Positions 1-7,400 of a DNA stretch of 64,000 nucleotides are shown here, piece by piece. Positions within the stretch are counted from its first letter, which is position 1; the number at the start of each line of letters is the position of its first letter. The notes under the pieces are model-generated. The model made no database searches. It had not been told where the DNA came from and saw only the letters and a list, made by a program, of their open reading frames with translations. The translations under genes and the position numbers were made by a program. Source of the stretch: a virus; the IMG/VR virus record IMGVR_UViG_3300020205_005279, positions 1 to 64,000 of that record; one strand, written 5' to 3'.

Positions 1-20
1 ACTAACTAACTAACTACAGA

Positions 21-449
21 TTATTTTTTAGACGAGCCTTTGCTGATTAGGCCGTCATCGTGGGCTTGTTGCACATTTTGGGATCTTGTACCCCACTTCA
101 AGTTAGAGATGGAGTTGTTGGTTCCGTCGTTGTCTTTGTGTAAAATCACCATGTGCTCACCAGATGGCTTTGGTGGGCCAAACAACTCCATAACGAGTTG
201 GTGGAGTGGTGGTTCTTCCCGTTTGCCATTCCAAGTAAGATTTACACGGAGATGCTTGCGGTCATCATCGCGAGGCTTACGTATATTATACGAACCGTCT
301 GCCTCTTTGCGTCTCACGCGGCCTTTATTACTTACCTCGTATGGGGAGTCTTTGTACTTCTTCCAGGCCTCCTTAGAGTCGGAAAAGTCCCGGCCACCTT
401 GCTCTCTGCCTCTCACCCTCCAGCCATTGGGAACATTTAGATCGTCCAT
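21..449 (-). CDS. NUMOD4 + HNH endonuclease with a short N-terminal leader
   Basis: NUMOD4-like 'WKKYKDSPYEVSNKGRVRR' and HNH_3-like 'ILHKDNDGTNNSISNLKWGTRSQNVQQA'. Confidence 0.85.
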   Translation of the reverse strand: MDDLNVPNGWRVRGREQGGRDFSDSKEAWKKYKDSPYEVSNKGRVRRKEADGSYNIRKPRDDDRKHLRVNLTWNGKREEPPLHQLVMELFGPPKPSGEHMVILHKDNDGTNNSISNLKWGTRSQNVQQAHDDGLISKGSSKK

Positions 450-607
450 GCGTCAATAATCATTTTATGGTTTTTTAATTTGGTCATGCGCTCATCGCGC
501 GCTCTGGAGAGTATGGCATCAGCACGCGGGTCAGTGATGAGACACGTAGTGCCATGATTCTGGGACATGTAGGCCGGGTTATTGTCAGGGACCGGATGAA
601 TTGCCAT
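437..607 (-). CDS. small hypothetical protein (56 aa, absent from the ORF track)
   Basis: Hand translation: MAIHPVPDNNPAYMSQNHGTTCLITDPRADAILSRARDERMTKLKNHKMIIDAWTI*. It fills the gap between nrdB and the HNH gene, overlaps the HNH start, and lies 19 nt downstream of a GGTTTAAAG motif. Confidence 0.65.
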   Translation of the reverse strand: MAIHPVPDNNPAYMSQNHGTTCLITDPRADAILSRARDERMTKLKNHKMIIDAWTI

Positions 608-626
608 AATTTTCTTTGTTGATTGT

Positions 627-635
627 CTTTAAACC
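627..635 (-). promoter_or_regulatory. putative late promoter motif GGTTTAAAG
   Basis: recurrent motif, 19 nt upstream of ATG 607. Confidence 0.55.
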
Positions 636-1636
636 TAGGCTAGGCACGTCTCAAGATCTAAGCAACTTAAATCGACGCTCATAAAATCCTGAGTAGGTTT
701 GGCGATATAGTTATCGCCGGATTTGCTCTGTGCAAAAGTATCTACGCTACTCGCACCTTTGATCATTGGCTCAAACCAAGCGGCTAATAGTTTTGCCTTA
801 GAAAGTTCTTCTGTGGAAAGGCGGAAGATTTGCTCAAGTCCAAGCGTAAGCAAACGCTCATTGGCCCTGTTAGTAATGTATGCTTTTAGTTCCTCGGCAT
901 CGACCGAGGCAATGTGCGCTGAGTTAAAAATATGGTTGATGAAGGCAAACTCCTTCTCAAGGATGAGACGGAAACCCGCATAAATTTCTTCTTGGTCAGT
1001 GTCACTAAGCCCAGTCTCTTCCACAAGACATCTAAACAAAGCGCAACCCGCCTCGGAGTGAGTTGCTTCGTCAATGGCCGACCAGGAGATGATTTGAGCC
1101 AGGCCTTTGTACCTACCATCTTTGTTAAAGCTTTGTAGTACAGCAAACGAACTAAATAAACTAACGCCTTCACCCGCTCCAGAAAACACAGCCAAGGAAA
1201 CCTTGTCAGAATACTTCTGAAAAAAAGTTTCAATCTTTGAGCAAGCAATTGGGTCGTTGATAAACTCTTCGTATTCGTTAAGTCCTAGAACATCATTGAG
1301 GTAGGAGTAGGCGGCAGCGTGAATTGTTTCAAAAAATGAAAACGCACGGGCCATTGATTGAATCTCCGGCTTAGGGAAAATTCGGCATACTTCATTTGCC
1401 CAGTAACATCCAATTCCCAACTCAGCACTTACAAACCCCTTTAAAATCCCGGCTATAACTGCTCTTTCGTCGGGTGTTGAGTTAAATTGCCAATCTCGCA
1501 GATCTCCCTCCATAGCCACCTCTTGGTGTCTCCAAACAGAGGCTACAGTGTTTTCATAATACTGATAAAATTGCGGATAATCAAAACCATTTTTGGTTTT
1601 AAAAATCATCTTATTCTGTTCAAGGATACTACTCAT
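635..1636 (-). CDS. nrdB: ribonucleotide reductase class I beta (R2) subunit
   Basis: W-x-x-x-E ('WRHQEV'), 'ETIHAAAY' (E..H...Y), 'EGVSLFSSF' and 'DEATH' dimetal motifs. Confidence 0.93.
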   Translation of the reverse strand: MSSILEQNKMIFKTKNGFDYPQFYQYYENTVASVWRHQEVAMEGDLRDWQFNSTPDERAVIAGILKGFVSAELGIGCYWANEVCRIFPKPEIQSMARAFSFFETIHAAAYSYLNDVLGLNEYEEFINDPIACSKIETFFQKYSDKVSLAVFSGAGEGVSLFSSFAVLQSFNKDGRYKGLAQIISWSAIDEATHSEAGCALFRCLVEETGLSDTDQEEIYAGFRLILEKEFAFINHIFNSAHIASVDAEELKAYITNRANERLLTLGLEQIFRLSTEELSKAKLLAAWFEPMIKGASSVDTFAQSKSGDNYIAKPTQDFMSVDLSCLDLETCLA

Positions 1637-2382
1637 GGGTTATTATGGATGGTGAAGGAGTGAGAGTTGCAATTAAAAACGCCGAGGGTACCGTCAGTGG
1701 CGTCGCCACCCGGGTCGTTAACTACACAGTTTGGTTGGTCGATAATTTGGGCCCAGTGGCCAGAGCAAAGAACCTCCGATCCGGTGGCCCCCCAGCGCTT
1801 AGGATTGCGCCAAAATCCAGTGCGTTTTGTAATTTGTCGACCTTGCCACATCCATGAGGACTTTCGTCCACGAAGGGTAAGATCAATTTCATCTGGGGTG
1901 AGTGTCTCCGTCTCTAGGTATTTATGCTCAAAGTCTTTTTGGTAAAAAGCGTGAGCGACTTTATATGTTTTTCCGTTCTCGGAGTTATAGTTGTATATTA
2001 GAGGCCTAGAATCTAACCACGAGATCATTTCGTCTCGAGTCGGTTCGTCTAAAGTCTCGAGTTCGCTTAATGTATGCTTAAAGCCAACAATGCTAGCCTT
2101 AACTTTTCTACGATTGAGGTAGTGATCGCAAAGGTTTTGGGCATGGTTGGAATGAAGTAAGGTAGCGCTACCTTCTTCGCATAGTTGCCTTACAAGCTCA
2201 TAGACTTTGAGGAATGAGCATTGGGGCCTGTAGAGTTTATCTCTACAATCTGATAAGTCTCCTAAGAATACAAGGTGGACGCCGTTATTAAGTGCCGCAT
2301 TGACCGACTCAGATTCAATTAGTTTGCAGAGAGCATCGTCTCTAGAATGGATGTCTGAGATGAGCAGGACGTTGTTGGGCAC
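1633..2382 (-). CDS. calcineurin-like metallophosphoesterase
   Basis: 'ISDIH', 'FLGDLSD', 'SNH', 'VAHA' and 'SGHW' motifs; 4-nt overlap with nrdB start. Confidence 0.85.
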   Translation of the reverse strand: MPNNVLLISDIHSRDDALCKLIESESVNAALNNGVHLVFLGDLSDCRDKLYRPQCSFLKVYELVRQLCEEGSATLLHSNHAQNLCDHYLNRRKVKASIVGFKHTLSELETLDEPTRDEMISWLDSRPLIYNYNSENGKTYKVAHAFYQKDFEHKYLETETLTPDEIDLTLRGRKSSWMWQGRQITKRTGFWRNPKRWGATGSEVLCSGHWAQIIDQPNCVVNDPGGDATDGTLGVFNCNSHSFTIHNNP

Positions 2383-2405
2383 AGATATTAAGACTAAGTA
2401 TCCTT

Positions 2406-2414
2406 ATTCTATCA
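2406..2414 (-). promoter_or_regulatory. extended -10 sigma70-type promoter TGATAGAAT
   Basis: TGn+TAnAAT upstream of the phosphoesterase-nrdB operon. Confidence 0.5.
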
Positions 2415-2460
2415 TGAGTTGGTTTTCACGGCTTTAGCCGTAGCCAGTTGCAAAAGCTAC

Positions 2461-3003
2461 TTAGCGACTCGAGGACTTAATAATCTCTGATTCTGGATAA
2501 GTGTAATGCATTTGGTCAGAGATCGAATCCGGAAGTACAACATTAAGCACCTTATATGCTGCTTCGAGGGCTTCTGAGCGGGTGCGTTTATGTGGACTTC
2601 TATACTCCTCCGCAGTACTTTTGACTTTAGGAATTACGGAGTAAAAATATTCTTCGTCTGGATTCATCACAAGATAATACGCTCGGCGATGCTGAACGCC
2701 CTGCTCTACAACAACCTCGCCGGGTTCTACATGAAGTTGCCCAATATCATACGAAGGATCGCCTTTAGGATCATAGTCTTTGGAATGTGGCTGAGTCTCA
2801 TAGGATTGTTCAGCACCTCCGACCTTTGCGGCACCAAATGGCCCTTCAGGATCGACATATTGAGAATGATAATCATCCTCACCTTGGCCTTGAGGCCCGG
2901 GGGTAATCAACTCAAGATTCTTTGACTGTTTACCGGTGTCGGTCCCCGGCTCAGCGTGGTCGACAATTTGCCAACCATCCGGTACTCGTAGTTCTTCTGA
3001 CAT
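2461..3003 (-). CDS. hypothetical acidic protein, possible internal head protein
   Basis: 180-aa ORF; N-terminal 'LRVPDGWQIVDHAE' resembles the HNH leader; preceded by the late motif. Confidence 0.7.
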   Translation of the reverse strand: MSEELRVPDGWQIVDHAEPGTDTGKQSKNLELITPGPQGQGEDDYHSQYVDPEGPFGAAKVGGAEQSYETQPHSKDYDPKGDPSYDIGQLHVEPGEVVVEQGVQHRRAYYLVMNPDEEYFYSVIPKVKSTAEEYRSPHKRTRSEALEAAYKVLNVVLPDSISDQMHYTYPESEIIKSSSR

Positions 3004-3038
3004 GAGAAAAAAATGAAAACGTTTATCGTAGTATAGGT

Positions 3039-3047
3039 CTTTAAACC
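3039..3047 (-). promoter_or_regulatory. putative late promoter motif GGTTTAAAG
   Basis: 35 nt upstream of ATG 3003, immediately after a terminator. Confidence 0.6.
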
Positions 3048-3050
3048 CGT

Positions 3051-3084
3051 AAAAAAATAGGCCTCAGAGAAACCCCTGAGACCT
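3051..3084 (-). terminator. rho-independent terminator
   Basis: minus strand AGGTCTCAGGG-GTTT-CTCTGAGGCCT followed by ATTTTTTT. Confidence 0.8.
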
Positions 3085-3113
3085 TGAGTCTTACAACTCT
3101 AGAAGTCTAAATT

Positions 3114-4052
3114 TTAAAAATCTAGGTTGAGGTCTTCTTCCCCGGCCTCTTGGGCGGAGAGGAGCAGCGTAGAACGGATTCTAATTTTATTATTATCCAG
3201 TTCTTCTTTGCTACGCAACGTCAGAACGGCGGGCTTTTCCCGAGTGATCTCCGGCTTGGTGGAGAGTAGTGGGCGAATGGAGCTATGTGCCCATGCCCCG
3301 GCAACTTGATCCTGAGCAGGATAGTCGTTGATTAGAATGCGATACGTAAGTCCATAGGAGGTCTTACAAGGATAATAGCCAATTACCTCATAGGGAACTT
3401 GGACATCCAGTTCACGGAAGTCGACTTCGCTATCGGCTTCGACGCGGTTTCCACCACCCCCAGAGCCTTTGGCTGTAACTTTTTGAATAAGTGCAACCAC
3501 ATCTTCTGGCTTTTTCTTCAGAAGTGCGTTTAGAGCCTTGGGTTCTACTGGATTTTCCCAGTCGGTAAAACGAATGGCAACGGGAAGGACGAGTTGGCCA
3601 TCCTCAACGTCAACGCTTACAAACAGAGCAGGATCTTCTCCACGACCAGAGAAGTTATACGAACCAAATTCTGCCTCGATTACCATTCCATCGATTTTGG
3701 TAAATCCGCCCTTAACAATGTCAACGGGCAAGTAGCGTGGTCCCCACTGAATGTAGAGTTGGCCATCGGAAGTTCCTTCAACGCCCTCGGCGCCGGCCTT
3801 GAGAACTGGGCCAAACAGGCGGAAGTAAACGCCATCGCGAGACTTGATGAGGAAGGTGTTCTCATCGAGGGGGAGTTCCTCTCCGGTCAGGAACTGGAAC
3901 ATGGTATCCAGGTCTTTACGCAAACCCTTGGGAAGGTTGGCGTTTGGCAACGAGGTATACTCGGAGGTGTATTCACGGCCACTGAGAGGGGCAAGTTGCG
4001 GAGCGTTGGTGCTCAGGTCGATGGTCGTGACGGAAAATGTAGCAGCGGACAT
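3114..4052 (-). CDS. hypothetical protein, probable single-stranded DNA-binding protein
   Basis: beta-rich 312 aa, Gly linker, acidic tail ending in Phe ('EAGEEDLNLDF'); has its own promoter and terminator. Confidence 0.5.
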   Translation of the reverse strand: MSAATFSVTTIDLSTNAPQLAPLSGREYTSEYTSLPNANLPKGLRKDLDTMFQFLTGEELPLDENTFLIKSRDGVYFRLFGPVLKAGAEGVEGTSDGQLYIQWGPRYLPVDIVKGGFTKIDGMVIEAEFGSYNFSGRGEDPALFVSVDVEDGQLVLPVAIRFTDWENPVEPKALNALLKKKPEDVVALIQKVTAKGSGGGGNRVEADSEVDFRELDVQVPYEVIGYYPCKTSYGLTYRILINDYPAQDQVAGAWAHSSIRPLLSTKPEITREKPAVLTLRSKEELDNNKIRIRSTLLLSAQEAGEEDLNLDF

Positions 4053-4114
4053 AATGTTTTTCTCTTAGGTTTGTGTCTCTTTGGAGCGAAAGATTTCTCT
4101 TTGTCTCTCTTAGT

Positions 4115-4123
4115 ATTATACCA
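4115..4123 (-). promoter_or_regulatory. extended -10 sigma70-type promoter TGGTATAAT
   Basis: perfect TGn-TATAAT upstream of 4052. Confidence 0.6.
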
Positions 4124-4154
4124 CAAACGGGTCCAAATCGGCCGGTGTGGTATG

Positions 4155-4466
4155 TCAGTCTTTAAACTGGTTTACGTCGATTAGGTAAGTTTGGGCCTTG
4201 AGGCGTATGGAGTAGAGTTGGCCGGAAAACGGATTGAGTGGGCAAAGTGGCGGAATGTAAAGCACTAGGTGCTCCCCCCACCATACCTGTCTTTCAAACG
4301 GGCACTTGGATGGGATGGCATCTACCCACCTTTGGGCAAGTTCCGGCGTCCATTCTTTTGGCTCGAGGAGGGGCAAGGAGAATTTTGGCAACGCTTCTGT
4401 CACTTGGCCCCACCACCGTGGCGCTCTGGCCCTCTTGCCGGTAGCGGACCTAGATAAGCTGAGCAT
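4155..4466 (-). CDS. cyanobacterial 'Mo-dependent nitrogenase C-terminal' domain protein (function unknown)
   Basis: 'IPSKCPFERQV..LYIPPLCPLNPF..QLYSIRLKA' matches the family signature IPxxCPFER..IPPLCxLNP. Confidence 0.8.
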   Translation of the reverse strand: MLSLSRSATGKRARAPRWWGQVTEALPKFSLPLLEPKEWTPELAQRWVDAIPSKCPFERQVWWGEHLVLYIPPLCPLNPFSGQLYSIRLKAQTYLIDVNQFKD

Positions 4467-4471
4467 GCGTA

Positions 4472-7400
4472 TCAGACCTTAGCAATCACTATCATACCAT
4501 GGGCGGGGTGCTCGTTGATTAGGTTTGAACCTGCCTGTTGGTATAGATAGTAGATTTCGTTCAGACCACTGTCCAAACTCCGCGCCCATTGACTACCTGA
4601 TGTCTGGTTAAATCCAGAAGTTTCTCCGTAAAATGCATCATCGGGAGGACCAGAAGTTGTGTTAATACCTGGAGCTACGTAACCAACCGTCGCCCCCTCG
4701 CCGCCAACTTGGGGGTTATTATAAATGTCCAGAAACGCCGTAACTAAAGTATTACTTGCTTGCACAAAGCTAACTCTTGGAGCAATAGTATAACCTGGTG
4801 GGGTTGACCAATTGGCCACAGCGTTCCAACTAGTACCGAAGAAATAAATGGCCCGTGCGTCGTAAAGGTTGTAAAGGTTTGCCAGGTATATTTTAGGATA
4901 ACTTGCAGATTGAGCAGATGTAAGCACGCCGCCAAGATCGATGGTAGAGTTGCCTGCCGTTGTAGTACGAACTATGCCAACAAATCTCTTGGTCTTGTCG
5001 TTATTCTTGCATTGGATTCCGTCGTGTAGGGTTCTTGTTGGGGCCGACTGGCCAGATCCCCACGCAACGTACTCCACCGCAAGCACTGGAGCGTTTATCG
5101 TTCCGCTATTGTATAAGTAAATGTCGTATTGGGTATCTGCGGCTAGGGCCGCTCCGCCATTCAATCCTGTAATTGTTAGGTAGCGTGTCTGAACTCCGTC
5201 GAACTTAAGAACGTACCACCGACTACTCGAAGTGACGGTGTTACTGCTATATAGAGCTATCTCATTTCCGTTATAAGGATGGATGTAGAGCGCATTGCCA
5301 CTTTGATTGCTGTTGGGTACAGCCGATGTGGAGCTGAGACTCAGTCTTAGGTTCGCCACTCCCTTGATGGAGTCGCCAAGCGCCCTAATGAGAGTTGCCG
5401 GGGTAACTGCTACATCATCGCGCTGGAAATCCCTTACCTCGGACTCAGTGGCGATCTCGATGATCCCCTTTTGGTCCACGGAAGCTTCCTTTGCTGAGAT
5501 TAAAAACTGGGTAATGTTATCGGCAGCAGTGTTTGGGTCACCGCCTGGCAGTTCAACCGTGGCAGATGTCACTACGATTCCAGTACCAGCGGAAACGGTA
5601 TTGTCAAACCTAGCATTCAGTTCCTTAGCCAGTTCAAAGGCCGTTACAGCAGTGCTTTTTGACACACCTTGACTTCCGCCTCCAAGTGCTCCTCTGATAA
5701 TAGAAGTGTCGGCTAACTGGACAAGTCCGGCCTTGGCAGTGGTGGCATATACTTCAGGAAGGGGCGTTTGAGACGCTGTAATTGGCCCGGTTGTTGTATT
5801 AAAGGTTGTGGTGGGATCGAAGTAAATGGCGCTGTCGTTGCCAAAAAATAGCGAAGAACCATCATCTATGGCCAACAACGACCTAATAACCACGCTATTG
5901 AAGACTTGGTTGGTGACTGAGCCGGGCTCATTGTCCGCCTCGAGCGGAATGGCAAATTGCTCCCCGGTGCGAAGATCGAAAACAGTTGTCCCAATGTAGA
6001 AACTACCCTCTTCATTCATGCCTGTGGCATAAACTTTACCCCCTTTGTTTTCGACAATAATCTTCCCGAGGGCAACATCTTGGTCGAGGGGTTCGCCTTG
6101 GAAGGTGGGGAAAGCAGTGTCATAGTTAAGATACCCTGTCCATTCCCACGTGTGACCTGATGCTCTAATAACGGATGGTCTACGTAAACCGATTAAGATG
6201 CCTGGTGCTGCAGAAGCCGAGCGTACTTTTACGTTAATGGGGTCTACGCTAGGTTCGATGGGTTTGTCAAAGTAAACCCCGGGCCTTTGTAGCATCTGAA
6301 CAAGGGACTCTCTTGTAATAGAGTCTATTGGGTCCGTGGTTTGTTCGGGTTCGTCGGCATTGCCTTCAGGATATAGGTCTCCTGTGGCAACTTTACGGGC
6401 CTGAGAGGCCAGAGTGAGATAGGCTACGTATCTTCCTTGCTCCTTTGAGGTAATATTAGACTTTGGAAATACTTCTTCGTAAGTTCTTACTTGCGAGATG
6501 GTGAGGGGGTCATCGAGGAGTGTGGTTGATCCGTTGAAAGGAAAGCCACTTACACTAGATTGCTTCTCAAGAACATAGAAGTTTTGAGGTCTTCTTAGTC
6601 CTTTGTCTCTTTGGAATCCGTCAAGAACCACTTTGTAAATTCTATTTTCATTTTTTCTACGGTCGATGCCTCTTACGAGAGTAAGGGCTGATCTGTCGAA
6701 CATGAAGTCCAATGAACTGTAGAATGCAGCTGAGCCCACCGGGTTAGAAATAATCTTATACCTAAAGGCATAATTAATCCTCTTGAGAAGGAATCCATCT
6801 TTTGGCTCTTGGTCAATGGCCTCCTCAACAATACTACCAGTGGTTACATTTACATACCAACAGTCTTCATTAGTATCCCAAACAAATATCTTTGATTTGT
6901 CATCTAAATATTCAAATCCCGGAGATGAAGAGGGCGAGGCAATGAGGGCGATGTCGCCAGCATAAATAATAGAATTACCGACTTCATCAAATCCTTTAAT
7001 TCTAATTTGCTTTCGATTTTGTCTGCTACCACCCACAAGTTCGTAAGATCCGTCGGACTTTTTACGTGTGTAAGAAAACTGACTGAATCCCATCGATTCT
7101 GCTGTTGGGACGTTGGTTACCTCAGTAAATGGAGATCCGGAGTTTGTGTTTCGGAAATAAATTCTAATTAGTGTGGGGGCAACTTCATTGATAGTATTAG
7201 CAACATACCAGTCCTTAGTCAGATCATAATCTAGTACCAGAGAAGTATTAACTTCTGTATCTACAAGTGTTGGTGCTGCTCCCAAGTAGGTTAGTGGTAA
7301 CGGAGGAATAATTTCAAGTAACTTTGTGCCTCCAAAATCGGTTGAAGGAATACCTTCGTCTTGGCTAAAGGACCTTGTCTTATAGCCAATTGAGCGAAGT

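Noticed and set aside
40-459. Plus-strand ORFs over the HNH gene, and the many other short nested ORFs in the track
   Set aside because: They overlap well-supported genes antisense or out of frame and carry no recognisable motifs
4160-4167. Additional GTTTAAAG copy
   Set aside because: More than 100 nt from the next start and inside a gene end; may be chance, so excluded from the promoter set
3594-4184. 196-aa plus-strand ORF
   Set aside because: Antisense shadow of the 3114-4052 gene, which has its own promoter and terminator; no motifs
4155-4466. Nitrogen-fixation auxiliary gene
   Set aside because: The family name is historical; no nif genes or nitrogenase motifs are present
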